36,591 nt of DNA from an uncultured Gammaproteobacteria bacterium (GCA_964358525.1 CAYHPU010000003.1:1-36591), one strand, 5' to 3'; positions 27,010 through 35,899 are shown, numbered from the stretch's first letter. The notes: generated by a model not told the origin, from the sequence alone. Numbers and translations are program-made.

Positions 27010-28449
27010 ATGACGATATTTTTTGTTTTTCTTTCATGGCTCATCCCATTTATTTTTACTCTGAAGGTTCTTATTTCTGGAAGTATTCCTTTTTGGTTTG
27101 ATCCGGCAAGAGATTTAATTTTGGCACAAGATAATTTACATAAATTAACTCTTATAGGCCCATCTTCAGGAATTCCCGGTGTTTTTTATGGACCATACTG
27201 GATTTGGCTTTTATCTCTGGGTCGATTTTTTTCAGCTAATCCACGAATAATTGTTTTTATTGCTCTTACCATTCCTTATTTTGTTCTTTTTCCATTTCTT
27301 CTTTTTAAACTTCGAGGTGTCCTCGGGAGAGCGGGGGTTGTTTTGTTATGGCTTCTTTTCATTTTAAATTTTGGTGGATTTGCTACGCAAATTTGGAACC
27401 CACATCTTTCTCCTCTCCTTTTTCTACTTCTTGTTACGGTTCTTGTTGGTAAAGAAAAAAAATACTCACATTTTTTTTCAGGCCTCATTGTTGGGCTCAT
27501 TTTAAATTTTCATATTGCGTTTGGTATCGGAGTTCTCCTTGGAACGTTAGTTTTTCTTTTATTTTCGTCAAAGAGGAAGCTATACACTTTTATCTTTTTC
27601 TGCCTCGGGTGCGGGACAATTTTTCTTCCTTCTTTGTTTTTTGAGGCACGGCATGGATTTAATCAAATACAGGCAGTAATAAATACCTTACTAAGTAAGG
27701 GGGCGGTCGTAAGTCAAACAGGATTATCAAAAACTGAAATATTACTCGGTTTTTTCGTGCGGTTTAACGAGGCAATAGGAATACAATCTTTCGTCCCTGG
27801 CCTACTCGTTTTTATAACGGGGCTTGTGATATTTTCTCTATCTTTAAAACAAAAGGGGATTCATATCAAAGAAGGTGAAAAAAAACTCTTCCAATTTCTT
27901 TTACTATGTCTTCTAAGTATTTTTACTGTCTATATTTCTTCCAAAAATCCTGTGTGGAAATATCACTTTGTGGGGGTTGAGGTAATTCTATTACTGCTTA
28001 CAGGGCTTGTTGTTAAAAGAGTTCCTCTTTTAAAAGTGGTATTGGCTACGTGGGTACTCTTCGTTTTAGGACTCAATAGCGTGGCTTTTATTAAAGGACT
28101 TGCTAACTCGTCCGATAAAAGTGTTTCGTTAGCAAATGATCAATGGGTAGTAGAAACCATAGTGGCAGACGCGGGGAAAAAACCGTATACGGTTTTTATC
28201 TACAATCCCGCCATTTATACGTATGACTATTCATATCTTTTTGGCTGGTTAGGGAAGAAGGATGTTCCGTGGGATCCGGGACGAGTTGTTTTTAATACAG
28301 ATGTTGCGTACCTTATTTTCCCGCCAGGAATGGCTAAAGAGGCTCGAGATGGATATATAAATTATCGAACAAATAACAAGTTCTTTGAAACAAAAAAAAC
28401 ATGGACCGGTAATGACGAAACAGTATTTTTAAAACGGGTTAAGAAATAA
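27010..28449 (+). CDS. GT-C (PMT/ArnT-like) membrane glycosyltransferase
   Basis: FWFDPARD, LIGP...GVFYGPYW, WNP, many TM helices; ATG 27010. Confidence 0.8.
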   Translation: MTIFFVFLSWLIPFIFTLKVLISGSIPFWFDPARDLILAQDNLHKLTLIGPSSGIPGVFYGPYWIWLLSLGRFFSANPRIIVFIALTIPYFVLFPFLLFKLRGVLGRAGVVLLWLLFILNFGGFATQIWNPHLSPLLFLLLVTVLVGKEKKYSHFFSGLIVGLILNFHIAFGIGVLLGTLVFLLFSSKRKLYTFIFFCLGCGTIFLPSLFFEARHGFNQIQAVINTLLSKGAVVSQTGLSKTEILLGFFVRFNEAIGIQSFVPGLLVFITGLVIFSLSLKQKGIHIKEGEKKLFQFLLLCLLSIFTVYISSKNPVWKYHFVGVEVILLLLTGLVVKRVPLLKVVLATWVLFVLGLNSVAFIKGLANSSDKSVSLANDQWVVETIVADAGKKPYTVFIYNPAIYTYDYSYLFGWLGKKDVPWDPGRVVFNTDVAYLIFPPGMAKEARDGYINYRTNNKFFETKKTWTGNDETVFLKRVKK

Positions 28450-28479
28450 TTTTGGATAATAACTCAGCTAAGACCTGGT

Positions 28480-29172
28480 TTATACAGAAATTGTTGCAAG
28501 TATTGGTAAATGATCAGAGCCTCTAGAATTTCCCACTTTAAACGACTTTACCAACAAGTCTTTGCTGGTAAAAATATAGTCTAGGCAAATATCTATCTTT
28601 TGTGGAAGGCACTGGTTACAACCTTCGGGATATGCGCTCCAAGTCGGAGTATTTGTTGGGTTTGTGTCAATAAGTAACTCTTTCATGTTTTTTATTGCTT
28701 GGCTGTCTGGGGTTGCATTAAAATCACCCATCACGATAACTTTATCCCTCGGAAGAACTTTAATCATATTTGTTGCTTGTTCTGCTTGCTCTTCTGATTC
28801 TTTCTGGTGAGTATGAAGAAGGTGTGTGCTAAACACGTGTAAGACTTTATCTTTAATTTGAATTTCAGCTCCTACCATTACGTAATTATTGATTTTAGAT
28901 AACACGTAAGTCCTAGTACTTAGGATCGGATATTTACTAAAAATTGCAGGACCAAATTTATAATCTTCCTCTTTGCGCCACGATTGTTGCGCAGGAGTAA
29001 AGACAAAGTGATAACTTAATTTGCATAAATATTCAATAAAATTTCTTGTTGGGTCATTATTTTTTACTTCTTGTAGACCAATAATGTCAGCATCCGACTT
29101 TTTAAGAAAATCTGAAATTTGATCAAAATATCCATCAACCCAAATATTCCAAGAAAGAACTTTTAAAATCAT
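28480..29172 (-). CDS. Endonuclease/exonuclease/phosphatase (EEP) family protein
   Basis: LSWNI, GLQEV, STHL, MGDFNA, LDYIF, SDHLPI. Confidence 0.93.
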   Translation of the reverse strand: MILKVLSWNIWVDGYFDQISDFLKKSDADIIGLQEVKNNDPTRNFIEYLCKLSYHFVFTPAQQSWRKEEDYKFGPAIFSKYPILSTRTYVLSKINNYVMVGAEIQIKDKVLHVFSTHLLHTHQKESEEQAEQATNMIKVLPRDKVIVMGDFNATPDSQAIKNMKELLIDTNPTNTPTWSAYPEGCNQCLPQKIDICLDYIFTSKDLLVKSFKVGNSRGSDHLPILATISV

Positions 29173-29343
29173 GAGATTATTATATCAGCAGCAATTATTA
29201 GACTAAAAATTTGCCCCCCAGTCCTAGCTTAGCTCGTACCAAACGCTTTTCCAATGTTATCTCAAGGCTTTTCAAAACCCTATATTGGCTGAACAAGCTC
29301 GAAAAAGATTAAAACAAATTAGGTTGCTAACAAAACATGCATG

Positions 29344-30081
29344 TTAGTCTATTTTCGTGTTTGTTTTTGGATCAGTTAGATATTGACCTATTCTAGGAGT
29401 TTTTCTACTTTCCGCAACCTTGGATAATGTATTAATAAGATTAGAAAGATAAGAAATAACTTCCTCGTGATCAGTATTTGCAGGTGTAAAACTCCACTTA
29501 TTAGCACAAAAGCTCCAACATCCCACATCTACGCTACATAAATTATTTATTATTGGCTCTTTATTCCAATTTGAATCTATTCCTTTATATAGATCAAAAA
29601 TGTTTCGAATAGAACTGAACGCGAACAACTCTCTAGTAAAATCAAATAATTTATGATTTACAGGGTTATCATTTTCATCATATTCACCTGCTTCGTATTT
29701 TATTTTTTCTTTAATTAATTTATATTTGTTATAAGTATCTGTTAGTTCACCATTATCTAATCTGCTTTTTACCTCTATACACGATAAGACGCTTTCGGAT
29801 GGATATACCCCAAAATTTTCTGAGAATAATATAGGGGGGATTAGTTCTTTCGAATAAATAACAACATCAATCTCACTGGAAATATTGTCTTTAGCATCGG
29901 TTATTTTCCCCGAGCCAGTACTATATTTGGATGCTAACATTGGCTTAACCAATTGGTCTACGAGGATTTCTTTATATTTACCAATTAAATAGCCGTGCTC
30001 TAATTTAGGCGATATTAGTTTGGCATCTTTTATGGCTTTATCAACCTTGTTTATTAACCCTTGCCTATAAAAAGTATTCAT
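29344..30081 (-). CDS. DUF6602-like PD-(D/E)XK nuclease-fold protein
   Basis: H..LIG..KE, GSGKITD, SSEIDVVIY, PSESVLSCIEVKS. Confidence 0.75.
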   Translation of the reverse strand: MNTFYRQGLINKVDKAIKDAKLISPKLEHGYLIGKYKEILVDQLVKPMLASKYSTGSGKITDAKDNISSEIDVVIYSKELIPPILFSENFGVYPSESVLSCIEVKSRLDNGELTDTYNKYKLIKEKIKYEAGEYDENDNPVNHKLFDFTRELFAFSSIRNIFDLYKGIDSNWNKEPIINNLCSVDVGCWSFCANKWSFTPANTDHEEVISYLSNLINTLSKVAESRKTPRIGQYLTDPKTNTKID

Positions 30082-30089
30082 ATATGAAC

Positions 30090-30893
30090 TTATTTGAATC
30101 TATTGGAATCGATAATATTTAATATTTTTGATAAATGAAGTGTACCTTCCCTAACTAACGTTCTCTCTTCCTCTTTTGAGTATGTTCCGCTCTTAGAGCC
30201 AGATAGCTTATCCCTAATTAAATCATGCTCTGTCTGTAAATTCTGAAGTTCGATGGCGGTAACATGAGAGAAAACAACTTTAGCTCCTAAATCTAAAATC
30301 CAGTTTTTAAGTTTTGATTGTGGTGATTTCTTGTGAATTGCTTGAAGAGTCTTGTGAATAGCTTCGCGTAAGGGTATTAGCGATGAAGTTGATATACCTA
30401 CTCCCTGAATGTGAACTTCCCATGCTGATTCTAGAAGTTTAATAGCATCCTGTCCTTCTTTAACAGAGTCGAGTCCTAATCTTTTAATTCCCACCATAAC
30501 TTGCTCTTTTGTCTTACCCCTATCGATAACTTGATCAAACTGGGAGTAGAAATATGTATATGGGGGATTTGATCGATACGTGTAATTGGTTGATATTCCA
30601 CTAAGCGCTACCATTGCGTTTGCCGTGCCAAAAGCAAGACCAGAAGCGAGTGATGTCATGCTTCCCAAATGTTGATCAACCTTATCTAAATTGCTTAATA
30701 CTGATTGGAAATTATTAATGTAATTACCAGGATGGTCTACTAACGGACTTTGATTAAAATTATCTATACTCATTTCAGCAAATTCTTTAAGAAAGCTACC
30801 AGTTTTTTGTATACCACCAGCTTTGGCAGATACATCCTCGCTTTTAGTTTTTATCTTTTCAAGTATATCCTTAAGGATTGTTTTATCTGACAT
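30090..30893 (-). CDS. Hypothetical helical protein
   Basis: 267-aa ORF ending 8 nt before the DUF6602-like gene; AT-rich. Confidence 0.75.
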   Translation of the reverse strand: MSDKTILKDILEKIKTKSEDVSAKAGGIQKTGSFLKEFAEMSIDNFNQSPLVDHPGNYINNFQSVLSNLDKVDQHLGSMTSLASGLAFGTANAMVALSGISTNYTYRSNPPYTYFYSQFDQVIDRGKTKEQVMVGIKRLGLDSVKEGQDAIKLLESAWEVHIQGVGISTSSLIPLREAIHKTLQAIHKKSPQSKLKNWILDLGAKVVFSHVTAIELQNLQTEHDLIRDKLSGSKSGTYSKEEERTLVREGTLHLSKILNIIDSNRFK

Positions 30894-30944
30894 TTTTATC
30901 CACGAACTAACACTATTATTTTTGGGTCGATTAAGGAAACTCTG

Positions 30945-31017
30945 CTCCCCAGAGAGGACTCGAACCTCTAACCTTGTCGTTAACAGCGACCTGCTCTACC
31001 GATTGAGCTACAGGGGA
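30945..31017 (-). tRNA. tRNA-Asn (GTT)
   Basis: TCCCCTG TAGCTCAATCGGTAGAGC AGGTCG CTGTTAA CGAC AAGGTT AGAGG TTCGAGT CCTCT CTGGGGA G; cloverleaf, CCA not encoded. Confidence 0.95.
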
Positions 31018-31247
31018 ATTGACTTCAAAAATTCTTTTCCACATCCACTTTTTAAATATTTCTCCTTAATCCTTGCTTCTGTTCGGTTTTTAGCCTGCTC
31101 TATATAAATTGATTTCCAGGGTCGATAATTTTTGGTTGAAAAAACATATCCAGTATTATGTTCAATAATTCTTCTTTCGAAATGTGAACTCATTCCAACA
31201 TATATTCTTCCATCTTTTTGACTTTTGATTGCATAAACACAATACAT
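31008..31247 (-). CDS. Small GIY-YIG nuclease (UPF0213/SLX1-like), 79 aa
   Basis: MYCVYAIKS...RIYVG, RIIEHN, TKNYRPW, ARIKEKYLKSG; last 10 nt overlap the tRNA 5' end. Confidence 0.9.
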   Translation of the reverse strand: MYCVYAIKSQKDGRIYVGMSSHFERRIIEHNTGYVFSTKNYRPWKSIYIEQAKNRTEARIKEKYLKSGCGKEFLKSIPL

Positions 31248-31263
31248 AGTCTTTATATTATAT

Positions 31264-31321
31264 GCGACCTGCTCCCTGCCTGCCGGCAGGCAGGTACCGT
31301 CTGCCACACAGCTACAGGGGA
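31264..31321 (-). pseudogene. Disrupted 5' half of tRNA-Asn
   Basis: TCCCCTGTAGCT...CGGTA[CCTGCCTGCCGGCAGGCAGG]GAGCAGGTCGC matches the tRNA 5' half up to the anticodon loop. Confidence 0.85.
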
Positions 31322-31354
31322 AATATAAAATTTAAAAGAGCACCTCAGATTCTC

Positions 31355-31446
31355 ATACCACTCGCAAATGAATTTGCTCGGGTATACGTCTCTCTAAACT
31401 GCTTTGACAATCTCCCAGATTGCAAACCAGTGTAAGAGCGACGTAC
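31355..31446. repeat. ~93-nt double-hairpin element, copy 2 (inverted relative to copy 1)
   Basis: ATACCACTCGCAAATGAATTTGCTCGGGTATA...CTCTAAACTGCTTTG...TTGCAAACCAGTGTAAGA. Confidence 0.85.
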
Positions 31447-31583
31447 ACACTATGATATCAAACCAATGTCTACTTTTAAATGAACAATTGCAAGCGCACT
31501 ATCATATCCTATAATATTTCTACAGTTTTTTTGGTATAATACCAATCTGATAGGCCATTTCTAAAGAAAGGAGGACTTTCCGT

Positions 31584-31718
31584 ATGAAATGGATAAGAAG
31601 GATAAAAAAGCGCGTTTTTACTTTTACCGCGCTTGTTGCAGCTGCAGTAATCTTCTTCCTCATCCTCTACGTCGCCCTGTGGGCGGTCGTAGCCTGTGGG
31701 GCAGTCGGCAGGTGCTAA
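31584..31718 (+). CDS. 44-aa single-TM peptide (not in ORF track)
   Basis: MKWIRRIKKRVFTFTALVAAAVIFFLILYVALWAVVACGAVGRC; TGGTATAAT ~31531-39, SD AAAGGAGG 31567-74, terminator follows. Confidence 0.7.
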   Translation: MKWIRRIKKRVFTFTALVAAAVIFFLILYVALWAVVACGAVGRC

Positions 31719-31721
31719 ACC

Positions 31722-31751
31722 AGCCCCTCTCTATGGAGAGAGGGGCTTTTT
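31722..31751 (+). terminator. Intrinsic terminator
   Basis: AGCCCCTCTCT-atgg-AGAGAGGGGCT followed by a T-tract. Confidence 0.85.
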
Positions 31752-31829
31752 CTTTCTTCGCATAGTCTGAGTAAGCTTTTTTTGATCTCTTCACTGTGAG
31801 GTTATTTATTCAGTTGTTATAATTCATAC

Positions 31830-32579
31830 ATGAGCCTTATCAATACCACCAGTTTTGAATTGGCCATATATTCTAAAGGCAATCCCAATTCTCTAAAACT
31901 TGCATTAGTCTTGCCAGGTAGATTGGATACAAAAGATTACGCCCATATGAAAAGCCACGTCGATTATTTAGCAAGTAAAGGTTTTTTTGCGGTATCTTTT
32001 GACCCTCCTGGCACATGGGAAAGTCCCGGCGATATTTCGTTGTACACCATGTCTAATTATCTCAAGGCTATTAATGAAGTAATTGAGTATTATGGCAATA
32101 AACCAACTTTTGTCATGGGCCACAGTAGGGGAGCAACTATGGCTATGCTCGTTGGTACAAAAAATCCATATGTCACTGCATTTGCTGCCATTTTTTCCTC
32201 TTTCTCTAAAGGTGGATATACCACAAAAGAAAAAGATAAAGAATGGAAAAGGCTCGGCTATTTGTTAGAAACGAGAGATCTACCGCCAGGGGGTGGTCCA
32301 AAAGTAAAAGAAATCAAACTTCCGTATGCTTTTTTTGAAGACCAGTCCCAACATAATATGACGGAAGATTTAAAACAATCACCTAAACCAAAACTTTTTG
32401 TGTACGGTAATACCGATGTACTAGCACCACCAAAAGTGGTGAAGGAAATGTACGAAATTTCTAGTAACCCAAAAGAGTTGCACTCGCTTGATTCAGGTCA
32501 TGATTATCGGTTAAAGCCTCAATCAATAAATGAAGCAAACAAGATTTTAGGTAGGTTTTTGAGTAAACACAATCTATGA
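31830..32579 (+). CDS. Alpha/beta hydrolase
   Basis: FDPPGTWES, GHSRGA, GNTD, GHDY. Confidence 0.85.
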   Translation: MSLINTTSFELAIYSKGNPNSLKLALVLPGRLDTKDYAHMKSHVDYLASKGFFAVSFDPPGTWESPGDISLYTMSNYLKAINEVIEYYGNKPTFVMGHSRGATMAMLVGTKNPYVTAFAAIFSSFSKGGYTTKEKDKEWKRLGYLLETRDLPPGGGPKVKEIKLPYAFFEDQSQHNMTEDLKQSPKPKLFVYGNTDVLAPPKVVKEMYEISSNPKELHSLDSGHDYRLKPQSINEANKILGRFLSKHNL

Positions 32580-32935
32580 GTAGTCAATTCCTCAAAAACA
32601 CTCTTGGCTGGGGGATTGTGCTGTGGTTTGTTGGATACGTTTTGGGAATAATCTTTTTTATGATTATGCCGCCCGCACTCATTGGTTGGGTTATAACGCC
32701 TATTGGCATAGCACTGACACTTTTGGTTTTGTTCAAGAAGATCAGTAATAAACCGATTCAGTATTATCTGCTTCTAGCAATGTCCTGGACACTCATTGCA
32801 ATTGTTCTTGATTACTTTCTGCTTGTTAAAGTTTTCAAACCAGCAGACGGTTATTACAAACTAGACGTGTACCTTTACTACGTTCTAACCTTCATTCTTC
32901 CTCTTGTTATTGGCTGGCGGAAAAGTAAACAATAA
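32576..32935 (+). CDS. Four-TM membrane protein
   Basis: Hydrophobic 119-aa ORF, ATGA overlap with the upstream gene. Confidence 0.8.
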   Translation: MSSQFLKNTLGWGIVLWFVGYVLGIIFFMIMPPALIGWVITPIGIALTLLVLFKKISNKPIQYYLLLAMSWTLIAIVLDYFLLVKVFKPADGYYKLDVYLYYVLTFILPLVIGWRKSKQ

Positions 32936-32941
32936 AACCAC

Positions 32942-32970
32942 TTGACAAGGATGTACATGATCAATACAAT
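32942..32970 (+). promoter_or_regulatory. Sigma70 promoter of the TA operon with possible operator ATGTACAT
   Basis: TTGACA-17 nt-TACAAT, 6 nt before ATG 32977. Confidence 0.8.
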
Positions 32971-32976
32971 AACTGT

Positions 32977-33228
32977 ATGCAAACACAAACTTTTAACATA
33001 GCTCTTCCTAAAGAGTTAGTAGAACAAATAGATATTACTGCCAAAAAGGAATACCGAAACAGAAGCGAACTTATTCGCGAGGCTCTTCGTATATATTTAG
33101 AAGACAAAAAAGAATGGGAATATTTGTTTCAAACAGGAAAACGTGTTGCGGCAAAATTGAATATCAAATCCGAAGCCCAAGTTAATAAACTTGTTTACGA
33201 AGTTCGGCATGCGAATAAGAAACAATAA
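32977..33228 (+). CDS. CopG/ribbon-helix-helix antitoxin
   Basis: TFNIALPKELVEQID...NRSELIREALR. Confidence 0.88.
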   Translation: MQTQTFNIALPKELVEQIDITAKKEYRNRSELIREALRIYLEDKKEWEYLFQTGKRVAAKLNIKSEAQVNKLVYEVRHANKKQ

Positions 33229-33619
33229 GGTAGTGCTCGACACAAACATTATCGTATCTGCACTTTTGTTTGGCGGAAACCCGCGACACATTCTCACGCT
33301 TGTAATTTCGAAACACCTTGTTGCTTTTACTTCCCCTATTCTTCTTGCGGAGTTGTTTGAGACTCTCTCTAAAAAGTTTAGGTTTCCAAAGTCAGACCTA
33401 ACTATTTTGGAAAAACAAATGAATAAGTATTTCGTCGTCGTTCAACCAACAAAAAAAATCACAGTTCTAAAAGACGACCCCGATAATAGACTGCTAGAGC
33501 TTGCTATTGAGTGCAGTTGTCCTGTAATTATAACCGGCGACAAAGAACTACTAAAGTTAAAACAATACAAAGCCACACGTATCTTCTCACCAACCGAGTG
33601 GATAGGAATAATTAAATAA
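33209..33619 (+). CDS. PIN-domain (VapC-like) toxin
   Basis: VVLDTNIIVSAL, DDPDNRLLELA, IITGDKELL; overlaps the antitoxin. Confidence 0.9.
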   Translation: MRIRNNKVVLDTNIIVSALLFGGNPRHILTLVISKHLVAFTSPILLAELFETLSKKFRFPKSDLTILEKQMNKYFVVVQPTKKITVLKDDPDNRLLELAIECSCPVIITGDKELLKLKQYKATRIFSPTEWIGIIK

Positions 33620-33621
33620 GC

Positions 33622-34134
33622 ATGAATAAACTCTACATTCTTTGCGGAATTCCATTCTCAGGAAAATCTACATTGGCTCAGGCTTTGGTAACTAAATTTG
33701 GTTATTCGAAAATCGACCTGGATGACATAAAGTTTGAACTATTTGGTAAAGAAGTTAGAGAAGAAGATATGACTCAAGATAACTGGGATGTAATCTACAA
33801 AGAAATGTATAAAAGAATTGAGATTCTTTTGAGAGAAGGTAAAACCGTTATTCATGATACGGGAAACTTCACGAAACACGAGCGAGCACTCATTAAAGAA
33901 ATCGCTGATAATCTAAAAGTTCCATCAATAACTATTTTTGTGAATACCCCACGAAATATTGCCTATAAAAGATTGTTAGATAACCGAAAGAATCATGTGC
34001 GTTTTAATATAAGTGACGAGAGTTTTGAAAGCGCCGTAAAAGAAATGGAAGTTCCCACCCATGAAGAAGGCGCGCTGTTTTTTTCTTTGAATAATGAAAT
34101 GGATAGTTGGTGTAAGAAAAATCTATTTATGTAA
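33622..34134 (+). CDS. P-loop kinase (AAA_33-like)
   Basis: LCGIPFSGKST, TVIHDTGN...ER. Confidence 0.85.
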   Translation: MNKLYILCGIPFSGKSTLAQALVTKFGYSKIDLDDIKFELFGKEVREEDMTQDNWDVIYKEMYKRIEILLREGKTVIHDTGNFTKHERALIKEIADNLKVPSITIFVNTPRNIAYKRLLDNRKNHVRFNISDESFESAVKEMEVPTHEEGALFFSLNNEMDSWCKKNLFM

Positions 34135-34176
34135 ACACCTCGTTCGTCCGACACAATAGGTATACAATTGATATAT

Positions 34177-34782
34177 ATGTGGAACACACTTCCAAATAAA
34201 CAAACCGTTACAAACGCCGTTACTGCGCTTACCGCAAATGGGTTTCAAGTCTTTACTGTTGAGAATGGGGAGGAAGCAAAGCAAAAAGTTCTCGAGCTTG
34301 TTCCAAAACAAGCAGAAGTTATGACTATGACGTCGGTAACGCTTGACACTCTTGGTATTTCAAAACAGATCAATGAATCGGGAGAATATGTCTCCGTCAA
34401 AAATTCCCTAATGAAACTTGACAGAGCCACGCAGGGAGTGGAAATGAAAAAAATGGGTTCTGCTCCACAATGGTCTATTGGAAGTGTTCATGCGGTAACT
34501 GAAGATGGACATGTCTTAATTGCGTCAGCTTCCGGCAGCCAACTTGCCGGATATGTATATGGCTCCAGCCACGTTGTATGGGTTGTTGGAACGCAAAAGA
34601 TTGTCAAAAACGTTGAGCAAGGCATGAGACGAATTGAAGAATATACACTTCCGCTCGAGTCTGAACGCGCACACAAAGCCTATGGCGTTCCCGGAAGTAG
34701 TATTAATAAACTCCTCATCGTAAACAAAGAAATGCCCGGAAGAATTTCAATCATCTTGGTCAATGAAGTATTGGGATTTTAA
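34177..34782 (+). CDS. LUD-domain (LutC/YkgG-like) protein
   Basis: AL.ANGF, SVHAVTEDG, SASGSQL, VVGTQKIVKN, EVLGF; ATG 34177. Confidence 0.85.
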   Translation: MWNTLPNKQTVTNAVTALTANGFQVFTVENGEEAKQKVLELVPKQAEVMTMTSVTLDTLGISKQINESGEYVSVKNSLMKLDRATQGVEMKKMGSAPQWSIGSVHAVTEDGHVLIASASGSQLAGYVYGSSHVVWVVGTQKIVKNVEQGMRRIEEYTLPLESERAHKAYGVPGSSINKLLIVNKEMPGRISIILVNEVLGF

Positions 34783-34810
34783 ATCGTTTTTTTTCGTTAT
34801 ACTCTTACGT

Positions 34811-35899
34811 ATGAAGCGGCTTGCACACCTCGATGGACTGCGCGGGCTTGCTGCCATTGCAATTGCCTTTCACCATTCGCTCTATATTCTCCGCATAAAT
34901 GAAGTGTGGGGCATGTGGCACCACAAACTTTTTGATGTGCTCACTCCACAAGCAAAGCTAACACAGCTACTTTTACTTATTTTTAACGGGAGGGCTGTCG
35001 TTACCATCTTTTTTGTTTTAAGCGGATATGTTGCATTTCTTTCGCTCGAGAGATCTAACTTCCAATTTAATCAAACGCTCCGCTACTACGCTAAACGACT
35101 GGTGCGACTGTACCCAGTCTATTTCGTAGTAACGCTTCTCACTGTGCTCTATGTTTCTTCTGGCTTTGTACATAGGCGCTTTGATCCTTATTCTGGCGAG
35201 TGGTTTTGGTGGTGGTTTAATCACAAAATCACACCAACAGAAATTGTAAGAAATTTTTTGTTAATGAATGTTTCTTTGAGTGGTGTTGCCTGGTCAATGA
35301 GAGTAGAAGCTTTTTCAACTCTTCTAATGCCTCTTTTTTTCTTTATAGTAAAAAAAACAACCCTTGTTATTGATGTGTGTATTGCGCTCGGCATAGCTCT
35401 TTTTGCATTCCACATCTTAAAATGGTCGGACCTTGCATTTGTTTCTATGTGCTATATGGGTATGACGCTGCCAAAATGGAAAAATATTCTAAATAAGAAG
35501 TGGCTACTTATGCTCGCTCTTTTTCTTCTCACTGTTCCCCGAATGACTATGCCCGATGTGTATAAAATAATAGGAGAAACAACGGGTGCACTTATTTTAG
35601 TCAGCTGTCTTTTATATCAAGAATTACCTCGTTTAAAACGTTTCCTTCAGTCGCGAGTTCTGCAATTTTATGGTTCTATTTCGTATGCATTTTTTCTTCT
35701 TCACTTTCTCGTGCTCTACATTTCTTCCGTAATTATGTTCAATACTGTTCCTCATTATTTTCTAAAAACATACCCACTTCCTTTAATGATTGCGCTTGCG
35801 ATTATATCCATTTTAATCGCAACGCCACTTTCCTGGCTTATCCACACCTACGTTGAAAAACCAATTTCAAAATTATCTTTACAAACGACTTTACCTTAA
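34811..35899 (+). CDS. Acyltransferase family 3 (OafA-like)
   Basis: LDGLRGLAA, FFVLSGY, RLVRLYP, WSMRVE, GSISYAFFLLH, VEKP. Confidence 0.92.
   Translation: MKRLAHLDGLRGLAAIAIAFHHSLYILRINEVWGMWHHKLFDVLTPQAKLTQLLLLIFNGRAVVTIFFVLSGYVAFLSLERSNFQFNQTLRYYAKRLVRLYPVYFVVTLLTVLYVSSGFVHRRFDPYSGEWFWWWFNHKITPTEIVRNFLLMNVSLSGVAWSMRVEAFSTLLMPLFFFIVKKTTLVIDVCIALGIALFAFHILKWSDLAFVSMCYMGMTLPKWKNILNKKWLLMLALFLLTVPRMTMPDVYKIIGETTGALILVSCLLYQELPRLKRFLQSRVLQFYGSISYAFFLLHFLVLYISSVIMFNTVPHYFLKTYPLPLMIALAIISILIATPLSWLIHTYVEKPISKLSLQTTLP

Noticed and set aside
29225-29346. Short plus-strand frame (…FQCYLKAFQNPILAEQARKRLKQIRLL…) as the remnant tail of a recombinase at the islet boundary
   Set aside because: No start codon and no catalytic motif; too short to support without a search.
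3474-35415. Numerous 60-134 aa antisense or overlapping ORFs in the track (e.g. 3474, 5225, 5870, 11501, 14908, 19425, 21290, 30823)
   Set aside because: Shadows of well-supported genes or of the tRNA, with no recognisable motifs or expression signals.
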